A stretch of DNA of 64,000 nt from Haliotis rufescens. Lineage: Eukaryota. Shown piece by piece: positions 38,433 to 51,761 of this stretch. The notes under the pieces are model-generated. The model was not told the DNA's origin. It saw only the letters and a list, made by a program, of their open reading frames with translations, and made no database searches. Within the stretch, counting starts at the first letter, position 1; each line of letters begins with the position of its first letter. The DNA lies in the NCBI RefSeq assembly GCF_023055435.1, contig NW_025963957.1, positions 1,550,001-1,614,000 of the forward strand. Reading direction: 5' to 3'. The position numbers were made by a program, and so were the translations under genes.

Positions 38433-40889
38433 TTATTGTTTCAAATTTGCAATCTGTCTCAGATGTTTCCACAACGCTGTCTGATCTTCAGGGTACTCGT
38501 CCACGTGTATTATAAATTCCTCCTCAACCATGTTCAACAGACACTGGGGAAGGTCCCCTGCTTCAATGTCACCCACCAGTAAGATCAATGTCCGGTTAGG
38601 AATGAGGGCATTCATGGAGTATATTGCTGCATTGATGGTGAAATGTGACCAGGCAGAGGGGTCTTCAAGGAAATCATGTGATACAACAAGAACAGTCTTC
38701 CAACTTTTGTTAATACCTTCTATAATTCCGTCAGCAATGTCATGACCCGGAAGTACTTCACGATCTTTTAAGAAGAGACGCACAGGGTGATTACAAAGCT
38801 CTAATGCAGGCCGAAGTTTCCGATAAACAAAAGGAATATCAGCTTCACAATATCCAATGTAGAGTGTGAAAGAAAAGTCTTTTCGAGTAAGATACTTGAC
38901 CCCAAACCCAAGTATTCCCATGAGAATATTTTTTAATCTAGTTGGATTTTTGGAGATCAGGTAAATTATTAAAATAGACGTCAGGAAGGCAGTCAGACAT
39001 GTGACTGTGAGAGTTAGGATCCATTTACCAGTACAGTGACGGTAGATGCCGATGTAATCCCTGACAACCTCAACAGTTCTTGTCATTTGTCCATTGTCCT
39101 GAATACAAGGGAAATTCCTGTCAAACTCATAAATTACTGGTGAGTCCATCAACCACAGGATAAAGTCCAGATTTTCACAGCCACAAGCAAATATGTTGCC
39201 TTGAACTATGACTTTCAGACTGTTTCTTTCAGCTGAGAAATCCAAGTCAGATTGTGTATATTTATCCAAATGTCCTATCATATTATATGACATGTTCAGA
39301 AGCGTGAGATGTGGAAAAGTAGTTGTCACAATGGGAATGGTATCAAATCTGTTTTGCGAAAGGTTAAGATGAATGATTCTATTTTGATTTAGGATGAATG
39401 GGAAAAATTGTAGGTCATTCAACGAAAGATCCAAATATTCGACCACTTTAAGAGCGCCAAACATATTCCGAGCCTTCAACACATCATTGGCAAATTGTAA
39501 GTTGCAATCTTTCAAAGACAAAGTTTTGACGTTTGAAAATGACTTTAAAAATTCTTCAGTAACATTGCCAAGTTTGTTTCCAGATAAATCAACACGCCTT
39601 ACATTTTCTAACCCTTTCACACGAACGCGTTTATGTTGTTGGTTGTATCCCAAAAGCAATGTGTCAAGATTTTCGGTGTTTGTAAATGTGATTTCATTAT
39701 ATGTATATGAAAACACGAATGTCCCTGTTACATCAAAATATTGAAGTTTTGGGGGTAGCATCAGAGTCATATTACCCGCTTTTCTCCCATCTGCTTTTGC
39801 CCGTATACTGTTAGCCCCCTCATCACCATGATGTTGATAACTTAAGTCCAGATATCTTAGTCTTGAGAAGACAGCAACAATTAACATAAAATATGGATCT
39901 CCAAGCAGACGGTTTTCTGAACCATCAATCACTTCCAAACAATCACGAATGGGAGACTTGTTTAAAGAACGTGTTTCAATTAAACATATCCGGTTCCCTT
40001 TCAAGGACAACTCTGAAACACATATCTGAGTCAAAAAGCGTGTGCTGTATTCTGTAAGCATACGTTCTTCCACGTCTTCCTTTAAACGAGCTTGGGTTTT
40101 TAATGTACTGTTCAACCATATTCTTGTCATGTTCCTTCCAACAAGAGGATAAAGAAGATGTAAAACCCTTTGGATACCGATGGCATTGTTGGTTAGTTCC
40201 AGATGTTTCAAGAAGGGCAACGGCTCAAGAACACCAATCTCACAAAATCGTAAATGATGACAATGATTAAGAAGGAGTACCTCAAGTTTTGTCTCATTTA
40301 AACTTTGAAATGTTTCATTTGTTAATTTTGTTAAAGAACATTTATTACCATCCATCTTGAGTACTTTGAGATTTGTCAGTTTGGAGAATCCAGACCCAAA
40401 GACAGCATCTGGAACGGGGTCAATAAACAGGCTTTGGAGCTTGGTGAGGGGAGCTAACACCAAATTTGGATATGCCTTCATCTTGTTATTCTCAAGACTG
40501 AGTGTATGCAAATTTCCAAGGTCACGGAAAAGTCCTTCGGGTAAGGAGTTGTTGTGTGAGAGTTTGTTACTAGCAAGAAGCAGAGTGTTCAGACAAAACA
40601 GGCCAACCAAGGCATCACGTTCCACAGTGATAAGTGAGTTATGGTTCAGGTTTACATACTTCAGACAGCTAAAGTTTTGAAATGTCATATTTCTCACAAC
40701 TGTAATCTGATTGTCACTGATGTCAAGAGAGGTAATATTCCGTGGAAGGTCGTCAGGAATATACAGGAGTTGTCTCCCTTGACAGTCAACAAACAGTTCG
40801 CCATATTGGTCATGGAAAGTACAGACGTGAGTGTTGACCTTTGAGATCCTTACTGCAACCATTATGAGAATTCCGATTGCCGCTGCCAT
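38433..40889 (-). CDS. TLR: Toll-like receptor, type A copy 2 (818 aa)
   Basis: Complete ORF with the same LRR-TM-TIR architecture; near-identical to 7919-10375. Confidence 0.96.
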   Translation of the reverse strand: MAAAIGILIMVAVRISKVNTHVCTFHDQYGELFVDCQGRQLLYIPDDLPRNITSLDISDNQITVVRNMTFQNFSCLKYVNLNHNSLITVERDALVGLFCLNTLLLASNKLSHNNSLPEGLFRDLGNLHTLSLENNKMKAYPNLVLAPLTKLQSLFIDPVPDAVFGSGFSKLTNLKVLKMDGNKCSLTKLTNETFQSLNETKLEVLLLNHCHHLRFCEIGVLEPLPFLKHLELTNNAIGIQRVLHLLYPLVGRNMTRIWLNSTLKTQARLKEDVEERMLTEYSTRFLTQICVSELSLKGNRICLIETRSLNKSPIRDCLEVIDGSENRLLGDPYFMLIVAVFSRLRYLDLSYQHHGDEGANSIRAKADGRKAGNMTLMLPPKLQYFDVTGTFVFSYTYNEITFTNTENLDTLLLGYNQQHKRVRVKGLENVRRVDLSGNKLGNVTEEFLKSFSNVKTLSLKDCNLQFANDVLKARNMFGALKVVEYLDLSLNDLQFFPFILNQNRIIHLNLSQNRFDTIPIVTTTFPHLTLLNMSYNMIGHLDKYTQSDLDFSAERNSLKVIVQGNIFACGCENLDFILWLMDSPVIYEFDRNFPCIQDNGQMTRTVEVVRDYIGIYRHCTGKWILTLTVTCLTAFLTSILIIYLISKNPTRLKNILMGILGFGVKYLTRKDFSFTLYIGYCEADIPFVYRKLRPALELCNHPVRLFLKDREVLPGHDIADGIIEGINKSWKTVLVVSHDFLEDPSAWSHFTINAAIYSMNALIPNRTLILLVGDIEAGDLPQCLLNMVEEEFIIHVDEYPEDQTALWKHLRQIANLKQ

Positions 40890-43020
40890 AATGTCTGGAA
40901 AAGGAATAAACGAGGTGATGACTTCCCAACAACGTTTATAAAGACATTTTTAGAATGTGTAGAATTTGTATGCGCGCTATTTTAAAGAACACTTGGTTAC
41001 GTGTGGACTTTCAAATTGAAACAATAAGTTAACTATGAAAACTTTACTCAAAATAATTCAGTGTGAAATCAACAATGAAATGTGCTTCAATTAACAACTG
41101 TATTATAAAATTAACTAGGTTTACAAATCAATACATATTACTGTAGTAATTACTATGGCAGTACACTCTAGAGTACAATTTAATGGCAGTACAATGACAA
41201 TGGCAGAATGAAACACAATAGCAGTGGCGAGACCAAGTCAGTGATTATAATATTCACCTAGCAGCAGCGTTTGAGGTTCCTTTGTAGGGACAACAAAGTA
41301 AGATTAACTGTGGAATTGTTGTTCAAGGGAGTGAAAAACGTACATGAGAAAAACCACAACTGCTATTCAAACATAAGCATCATATACCTGATCATTTCTT
41401 TTCAATCAATGTTCATAAATGACAAATTACTTTGTATGTTTTAACGCCTCACTATTCAAGAAGTATCCAAGCTATGAATAAAGGGTTGAGGTGTTTTTGC
41501 TTGTTAGTTTTACACCGCACTAAGAAATGTTCGGGTATTATTACGCGGCCTGTCAAGGCCGGACAATCAAGTGAATGATATTTTTAGCAACGTTCCACAC
41601 AGTTGGGATAAGTTTACACGCAATCAGCCAAGTACCCGAATCTGACAAGAAGTTTCATTTAGTCGCCTCTTCCGACCAGTGCTAGGGATCATTACATTCA
41701 ACCCTGAGTTGCCAGTTTCATTCGACCCATTGTGTGTCCTCAGCGCATTATGCTTGTCGTCAGAGGCGACTAAATGAATCGGGTGGTCCGGCTTGGTGAC
41801 ATGGTTTATTGCGTATCCATAAGTTCTTAACTAACAATAATATATCTAACATTAAATTCATGTAAAATAGCGTCCAGCTCAATGCCAAAGGGGAGAAATA
41901 ATAAAGACTAATAAGACAGCCCTGGTATACACCACTAAGAGTATCAAAGTAATGAGAAATATATGTGTATGTTTTACAGCATATTTTACCTCACAATACA
42001 TTTCCAATAAAACATTAAAATATTTTACCTTGAATTCCTTTCTTTAAAAAATGGTATACCAAAGACATTTTCTATTTACAGAGTCAATAGCCTTTCTGAA
42101 AAAAGCAAATAAACTAAAAAATCTACCATTAGTCCTCGACAGATACTTTTGTACTAACACTGTAATACGAATGTATCATCAACAGTACTAAACAGCGGAA
42201 GAGAAACCAACTCATCTCTTTGGAAATATAAAAATAAGTCAAACTGTAGCTTACTTTTGTGTTGTGTCTCGAGGTGAAATGTTGTGTACGACTGGCTCCC
42301 TTCTAGCTTAGTGTATATTTATAAGTAGCCTCAGTTGATTTATCTACTTTCCTCATGACCAATAGCTTTCCTGAACATTCTAGTTCATATTGTGACGTCA
42401 AACAACATTCAATTCATGACAAAGGCAATTGTTCAACAAGCTTAAGGAAGTTGCAGTTATCAGTGTAATTCCCTCTTCCCGTTGATAGTGACGGATAATA
42501 ACTGACAAAAGAAACCTTTGGAATGCATAGAGAGGGGATATTGATTACAGGAAATGCTTGAAAATGGCATGTATTGAATCCTCGCTGGATGCATACTGGC
42601 GTTCATGTCACTAACGAGGCTACGTGTCTTCATTATTTGTCGGAAAAGTATCCAACTGACCCAGTAGACAAGGGAACATGAACCACCTGGTCCTCGCAGA
42701 GATCTTGGACAACCTCATACTTTGTCCTACCTAACCGCTTGGTTAATGTGATTGCACAACGAGTTAAAAAATGGTGACCAGTGGCCTCACCAGAATTGGG
42801 TTTCACACATTGTACCATGTGGGGAGTCGAACTCGGGTCTTCGGCGTGACAATTTAACCACGAGCCATCCCCACAGCCCCTTCGCTATTGTTATCATACA
42901 ATACATGTATACAAGTCTTACTTTATGCAAGCATATATTTTCAAGACACACTGCTGTGTGCTGGCTCAACACAAGGAGGGTCATGATATTGATAACTCAA
43001 AATGAATATAGCTTTGTGTT

Positions 43021-43025
<5 letters not shown>

Positions 43026-43094
<69 letters not shown>
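43026..43094. repeat. (CT)n microsatellite
   Basis: Direct reading. Confidence 0.97.
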
Positions 43095-43097
<3 letters not shown>

Positions 43098-45893
43098 CAT
43101 AAATTGGAGGATTGTAAGAATTCCGTGTGAGAAAACACCCTAGACATCTATCAATGCATGCACTATTCGAGCGAGAATTTCCTATTATCAATATCTGGGT
43201 GGGTGGTGAAATATATGGATCTTTACGCTCGTGAAATTGTTCGCTATTAGCCTAATAAGCTCAATATCAACATTTAGAATCGTGATTGTCTGACATTTGG
43301 CATTAGTCATGAGCCATGGAGAGGAAAGATTGAAAGTTTTACAATGCCAGGATACAGGAACAAATTCAAGCTTCGCAAGCATGACAACATGGACGCCGGA
43401 TAATTTTGTTTATCTATTGTGTTTCTTTTATGTTCAGCGTTACGCTTATCGGTATCGTGCATACGATGGCTTTGTGAATCATTGGGAAGTTGAATTCACT
43501 TCTGACAACACTGATGAGACAGATTACAATTTAACGTCAGTGACGAAAGATGTTCTGGTGAATTCGAGCTATTCAGATTCCTTTTTAAAGGAGACAATGT
43601 ACATGTTTGAAAATAAGTATTTGCAAGCGGATGATGCCTCTGGCCCACTTTCGTGGTGCCAGTGTGTTCGTAAACACAGTAGTCCTAGCTGGTGATGTGG
43701 AGAGTAATCCTGAACTTAATTCCAGACAGACTACCCTCACAAGTACTGGTGATATCCAGGTAGAGCCGGCAGATATTTCTGTTGCTGGAGCTACTGAAAA
43801 CCTAACGGAATAAACTATAGTAATTAACATGAACATTACCAAAGCATAAACTAATTTGAACTCGGGTAAGAAGAGGCATAAGACAAGAGTGAGATGTTAT
43901 TCACTTCGGAATTACCTGCTGCGGTATACCTGGTGACCCCGAGGAAAGTCCTCCTCAGTGAGAGGAACATGTGTGTCATTTCTACATGAATTCCTTGTAT
44001 GACTGAATATCAAGTTGACGATATACATTTTTCATATAACACGCGGACCACGTTCACGACAACCGTCAGGCCCTGTCAGAAAAGTTCTTATCCAGATATG
44101 ACATAGATGCACTCTTTGATTCGGCACATGTTTTATTAAAACATGATCCAATGACTACACCTACAGAATACGAGCCAGGAGGACGCTGTTTCTTCCTTTA
44201 TAAATTATATCCTCCAGAAATGAGGTTGAGGGTTTACTTGTCGGATGACAAGCTGGTCTCAGATAAAGTGAGGTATCTGTATGAAGAATGAAGTGCAGAT
44301 CTTATCACACAGGGCAAAACCGTTCTCTTCTCCTTCTGCACTGTCACCTATTGCGACCCTCATCCGGAGATTCGCACCCCTAGTGACTCGGGTGTGACCC
44401 AGCGCACACCTACACGGGTGCTCCATCTTTAGCTAGAATGTAAACGGACTTGATAACAAACTTAGTATTTCTAACTTTAGTTTTCTTTCTAATTTAGTCT
44501 TTGTCTGTTGGAAACATGGTCACATATATTTAACCAATATTCCTGTTTCCAGTCGATTCGCAAAAAGGATACAAATATGTCCGCTTTAGTAGACGTCTCA
44601 CAGTATATATCAAAGGTATTTTCTCGTTCACATTCAGTGTGACCGAACACTATTTGTTTCATAAACTAAAAGCGACCCAAAAGATTTTATATTCATAAAT
44701 TTAAAGCGGAGTCGATTCTGCGATCCCGACCATATCATGAGCATGTGTTTCATATAAATCACTACCTAATTCTACCATGGCATTAAAGAATGCTCGATTC
44801 CGATTGCTTAAAAGGACGTTTCCTTCTTGCTACAGAAACCAAGAAGGGGAGAACAATTGGTGGCCATGTAGATGCCTACTTCCTGCCTGAATGGACCGCC
44901 TCCGTGGTCTAATGGTAGAGCGTCCGCCCGGACAGCGGAAGGTCTGGGGTTCGATCCCCGACCGCGTCATACCAAAAGACGTTAAAAGATGGTACTTGTT
45001 GTTACCCTGTCTGGCGCTCGGCATTGTGGGGCTAAAACAAGGACTGGTCGGCTGGGAGTCAGTATACAGTGTTTGAGTGGGGTATTCATGTTAAACTGAG
45101 GCATGGTATCTCAGTGAGCTAGCACTTTAAATCGGCATCAGTCCGGACTAGTACAAGCAGCCACACACATAAATACACGTACATGGACGCGACGTTAAAC
45201 CCCTTTTCACCTCACCTACATATTGAAAATATAATTAGGGCCAATATGGGATCCGACCCAACGATAGCGTCATGGCTGAGGGACGCAAATATCCACCAAC
45301 AATTGCAGCACTTTACATGACTTTTCATGAAAAGGCGCTGTCAATAAAGGATGTTGTCTTTAAAGTATAATAATTCAGTGTGCTAGTTTCGTCCTTTTCC
45401 TTTTCTCAATCATGGCATCTGTATAGCTGTAGTGAGATAAATGACAAGCCTGTCCTTTTCCTTTTCTCAATCATGACATCTTTATAGCTGTTGCGAGATA
45501 AATGACAAGCATGTCCTTTTCCTTTTCTCAATCATGACATCTTTATAGCTGTGGCGAGATAAATGACAAGCTTGTCATGTAATCAATGTCATATCTAGTA
45601 TCAGGAAAGCGATTGGTAAAGGAAGTAATACATTGAACAAGAAGGAAGCGACTCTCACTACAAGACACAGCAGAAATCTTAGCGACAGTTTTTCTTTTAT
45701 TCATATTTCCAAAGAGGTGAGTAAACGAAACTAATTTGTTTTTTTTCTTTAGATTCAAGTATCTGGGCTGTTGCAGTTGTTTTCCTACCAAATGTGTCAG
45801 ATCACTTCGTTTAACAGGTGCTGTTCCCGTGGTGATACCTGCAGTGATTGGTTATTAACTATTCTTTCACGCTCTGTTTGTTTTGTATTCTGT

Positions 45894-47128
45894 TGCATGT
45901 CAGTGTACTGGTGTCCACTCGGCGTATTCCTCTACCTCCATCAGACCTCGAACGCCACTGGGGTGGGGATACTGCATGTCAGTAAACTGGTGTCTACTCG
46001 GCGTATTCCTCTACCTCCATATACCTCGAACACCACTGAAGTGGGGATACTGCATGTCAGTGTACTGGTGTCTACTCGGCGTATTCCTCTACCTCCATGA
46101 GACCTCGAACGCCACTGGGGTGTTGATACTGCATGTCAGTGTACTGGTGTCTACTCGGCGTATTCCTCTACCTCCATGAGACCTCGAACACCACTGGGGT
46201 GGGGATACTGCATGTCAGTGTACTGGTGTCTACTCGGCGTATTCCTCTACCTCCATGATACCTCGAACACCCATGGGTTGGGGATACTGCAAGTCAGTGT
46301 ACTGGTGTCTACTCGGCGTATTCCTCTACCTCCATCAGACCTCGAACGCCACTGGGGTGGGGATACTGCATGTCAGTATACTGGTGTCTACTCGGCGTAT
46401 TCCTCTACCTCCATATACCTCGAACACCACTGAAGTGGGGATACTGCATGTCAGTGTACTGGTGTCTACTCGGCGTATTCCTCTACCTCCATGAGACCTC
46501 GAACGCCACTGGGGTGTTGATACTGCATGTCAGTGTACTGCTGTCTACTCGGCGTATTCCTCTACCTCCATGAGACCTCGAACACCACTGGGGTGTGGAT
46601 ACTGCATGTCAGTGTACTGGTGTCTACTCGGCGTATTCCTCTACCTCCATGATACCTCGAACACCCATGGGGTTGGGATACTGCATGTCAGTGTACTGGT
46701 GTCATACTCGGCGTATTCCTCTACCTCCATGATACCTCGAACACCACTGGGGTGTTGATACTGCATGTCAGTGTACTGGTGTCTACTCGGCGTATTCCCC
46801 TACCTCAATGATACCTCGAACACCACTGGGGTGGGGATACTGCATGCCAGTGTACTGGTGTCTACTCGACGTATTCCTCTACCTCCATGATACCTCGAAC
46901 ACCTCTTGGGTAGGGATACTGCATGTCAGTGTACTGGTGTCTACTCGGCGTATTCCTCTACCTCCATGATACCTCGAACACCTCTGGGGTAGGGATACTG
47001 CATGTCAGTGTACTGGTGTCTACTCGGCGTATTCCTCTACCTCAATGATACCTCGAACACCTCTGGGGTAGGGATACTGCATGTCAGTGTACTGGTGTCT
47101 ACTCGGCGTATTCCTCTACCTCCATGAT
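45894..47128. repeat. 79-bp tandem satellite array 3 (~15-16 units)
   Basis: Same unit and junctions; internal 5-unit (394 bp) higher-order duplication. Confidence 0.97.
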
Positions 47129-50100
47129 GAATGGAAAGTATGGGTTGTTGAAGACCTATTCTATCCCGGATCTTCACGGGTCGGATATCGCATGTGCATG
47201 TATTGATAGATGTGTGGGTGCCTTCTCGCACGGAATCCTCACCCGGGACCTAATATATGGTATTTGTACTGGCGTTGATGTCACTAACTAGACTACCTGG
47301 TTACATTATCTTTCAGAAAAGTATCTAACAGACCCAGTAAACAAGTGAGTGAGTGAGTTGGGTTTTAACGCCGCTTTTAACAGTATTCCAGTTATATCAC
47401 GGCGTGTCAGCTTTATGTGGGAGGAAAGCCCGAAGTGATGCAGGTCTCAGACGTTTACCACCTCGGTGAAACCCACGGGCACGGGTATGGTGTTGAGCTA
47501 GAAACATAATCGGGGTGAACAGGGGTTCGAACCCACAATCATAGGTTTCTGGCGTGCCCAAGGGACGCAACTCTGCACAGCGAATCGCAGCGCTTTAGAC
47601 GACTGTGCCACCCGTGCCCCCCAGTAAACAAGTGAACATGAATAACCTGGTCCGAGCAGTGATCTTTAATGGCCTCTACATGCATGCATATATAAATAGC
47701 AATACGTTGTCCTACCTAACCGATTGGTTAATGTCACTGCAAAGGTCACAAATTCGGTGAAGTTAAGTGACGCTGACGGCGGACAGTAGTTGGATGAGTG
47801 GCCGTTTTCAACTTGTCTCCTTAAGAGTGTCTTGTGCTTCGTTCCTCCACGCTGAATCACAGGTCTCCCTAGGCAAGTCACTTGGGTTATAAAAAAACAA
47901 ATACACACGACTGTCATACGTAAAATGATCCTGGCACTTGCATGTTAACTAGTGATCACCAACTGACTCCTCCTTCCTCTAAACTCTGGTACCAACAATG
48001 GTCTGTCCATTGTCAGGCGGGGCGGTCGGGCAGCCTAGTGGTTAAAGCGTTCGCTCGTCACGCCGAACACCCGGGTTCGATGTCCGACGTGGGTACAATG
48101 TGTGAAGCCTATTTATGGTGTCCCCTGCCGTGATATTCCTGGAATATTGCTAAAAGCGGCGTAAAACCACAGTCACTCACCCATTGTCAGGTAGATCCCC
48201 TGATATGTCCTCAATAGTCACTGAGTTTACGCCACCAATTGCATGACACCGACAATGAGCATCACACGTCGTGTAGGAAGGAAGGCCATAGAAGAGCCCC
48301 AGATTCAACATCAATACTATTTTGTACTAATGCAGGAATAATCATAGAAGCTCATATTTTCACATTTTATCCATTCTCATTTTTCATGGTACCCAATATC
48401 TCTGCTGGTTTAGCAAGTAAAGGGATCGGGTGGTCAGGCTCTCTGACATGGTTGATGCATGTCATCGATCCCAATTGCGAGGATCGATGCTCATAATGTC
48501 AATCACTGGACTGTCTGGTCCGGACTCGACTATTTACAGACCGCCGTCATATAGTTGGAATATTGCTGAGTGCGGCGTTAAACAACAAACCAAACCAAAA
48601 ACAATTGTATTACCTTACGTTTATCATACGGCGACTATGCTTGTCGTAAGAGGCGACAAACAGGATAAGGTGGTCAGACTCGCTGACTTGGTTGATGCAT
48701 GTCTTCGTATATCATTTGCGTAGATGCAATGATGCATGATGTCAATCACTGGATTTTCTGTGCCTACTTTGACGTCCGAGCTTACCTATAAAAGATTACT
48801 GCTGAGTCTACTCTGAGCTATTCTGACAAGTCGAGTCACAGCTTCGGTGTCACTGTCCTGCGAAGACAGACGCTGGTTATGTAACAGGTAATTTGAGCTC
48901 ATGTTCTAGAAAGCGTGTTAGACTGGCGTCGTGGCATTAATTTTCTTATGTTTGTTTTCATACCCTCTGTGTATTTAGGTCAGATCAGTGGTGTAATAGA
49001 ACTGATAGGTTACTATCACTGTTGCTAACGCTGTGTGAGTCCACTTGCAGAGTCACTTGCAGCCTTGAGTCAATGAGCCGCAATGCAATCGCTATATCTA
49101 TTTATGTTATTCTCCACATCACAAGTGCGAACCCTCGTAAATCCACTTCTTGACAATAACGAGTCGTTTCCTTTGTGGGTGAGGCGTTACTTCAGCATAG
49201 GCTGCGTACTCGTAAGGTAAGCACCGTGACGAGGGGGGATCGACGGGGATATGTAACGGATATGTTCTTTACACATCATTCAGAACCACACAAAGGATGA
49301 TATTGTCAGCTGTGGTATATTTACCATTTAGACAAGAAAGAGAGGATATGTTATATGCACAACTTTAAACGAGACAGAGAGCAAGATGTGTACGGGATAT
49401 GTTATATATATCATATGTCGTTGAATAAATTATATCCTAAAACTCTACCAAATAGAATGAATGAATGAATGTAATGTTTTTCCTCTGTTACGTGTCGATT
49501 CCTAAATTGAAACAATATGTTAATCCAGAAATCTACACGCAAAAGAACTGTGTGAAACCAACAAACAACCAACAAGTGGTATAAAATCAACAAATGTATT
49601 ACAAAATTATTACAAAAAAAGTTTACAAATCAGCACACATTACTGACCAGCAATTATAATGGCAGTAAACAATAGAGTGGTGGTTTAATATTCAATATAA
49701 TGGCAATTAATAATATGATGGCAGTGGTCAGTATCAAATACAAAAATACAGTGATGATGGCAAAAGTCAGTGATTGTAATATATATATTCACCAAGCGGC
49801 GACAGTCATCAAGCTTCCGAGATTGGCTAGGCAGGGAATCGGGGATGATGAGCGATCCTCACACGAAAGCGTGATGAAAATCGCGATCGTGTGTGTCCCG
49901 CAAACACGCCACGGCCCAAAACCTACCCAGCCACTGGAAGGTTCCAAACATAGAACATTACAAACATTTCCATATGTTTCAATAACATTTTCTCACAGTC
50001 CGCGGTACACGGACCGGAACTTTACACACCACACTAGCATCTAAAAACTCAGCATACATTCATTGTCAAGTTGAGTACATGTAGAGTTTGACGCTGTTTC

Positions 50101-51761
50101 GAGACACAGATTGTGACACAACGATCATTTGACGGAAAGTGGATGAAGCGGTCGTTAAATATTGCCCTGAGCTTAGAAACAGGCGAACAATTAATTTCTT
50201 TCCTCCTTTCCAATCTGGCAAGCGCCCTTGTGGGGATTCCGCGGCATCGAAGGACACTATAATCTCAATCTGGTCATAAGAGTGAGCGATTGTGGGTTTA
50301 AGCTGATTATAGCACTATTCCAGAAATATCTCATCGTGGAACACCAGAAATGGATATTGTATGTTTGTGGGGAATCGAACCCAAAGGATAAGCACACGCT
50401 GTAATCGCTAGGCTACCCCAACGCCACTGTCATAATAGTTAACTAATGTCAGCTTGTTGTTAGGAGGGAACTAGATGACTTTGTGTCTTAACTACACAAA
50501 ATAATTAGCCATATGTAAAACAATATTCACTCACGAACTCATGCGATTTGAGTTACGTTATGATGATCATGATCACACCATTTAGATTTAACAAAAGCGT
50601 CTTAGCGATGACATAAAATCCCCAATATCCTCAATAATCAAATCAAACACGCCACAACCAACAAGAAATCTGTTTCAGCTGATAATTGGTTATTCTCTGG
50701 CGATGACATCTAATATTATTTTCACATATCATGATCAAATAGAGACAAAATTAATATCTTCCCGATAATGTTTGAAAACAAATAAGTATCTTGTCATTGG
50801 TCAGATTGGCCAAGCTTCATCATGAATAGTATCTGGTGACTTGCCATCGTAGACATTCATTAGTTACAGTTCAAATTATGTTTTACTATAGTTTGGGTTG
50901 TGAAAGAATATGTATAACCGTGATTATTTTAATGTGAATAAAAGATATATTTACTTCAGCAAAATCGAACCCAAAGGATAAGCAAACGCTGTAATCGCTA
51001 GGCTACCCCAACGCCACTGTCATAATAGTTAACTAATGTCAGCTTGTTGTAAGGAGTGAACTAGATGACTTTGTGTCTTAATTACACAAAGTAATTAGCC
51101 ATATGTAAACAATATTCATTCACAAACTCATGTTGTCATTTCAACGAAAACATAGTAAATCTTGAAGCGCTGACTGAAAATATATTCATATCAATCAACC
51201 GAGTCTGACCACCTAATCCATTCAATCGCCTCGTTCTCCATACATAGTTTTCTGGGGACTTACAATTGTAGACATGCATTGGTTACAGTTCAAATCATAT
51301 GATATAAATATGTTTTACTATAGTTTGGGTTGTGAAGGAATATGTGAAACCGTGATTAATTTAATGTGAATAAAACACATGTTTACTTCAGCAAAACACA
51401 ACATATTCACTTACAAAACACTGCACTGATTCTTTGTACAACATGCACGTAATATATATCCACTTCAGAATTAATCCCTTGCAGTGGTTCATAAAAAGCT
51501 TCCTAAACATCTGGAGACGAATACAATAGACGGTTCTGGGATGTGACATACAGAATTTTCATACAGAAAATACCTGTATATAATGTACATCCACTCCAAG
51601 ATGAATCCCCGGAAGTGGTTCACAACAGGCATCCTGGACGTAAGGTACTATAGAAAATACCTTCAGAGATCAAGATCAGTATATGGTAACACGAATGAAA
51701 AAAGTCATTGCATCACTTTTAACCAGCCTAGTTACCGATTATCATACCACTTATTAAGCCA

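Noticed and set aside
43505-43560. Hammerhead ribozyme-like CTGATGA...GAAA
   Set aside because: No convincing stem II or closing stems; the paralog at ~12625 reads CTGATAA.
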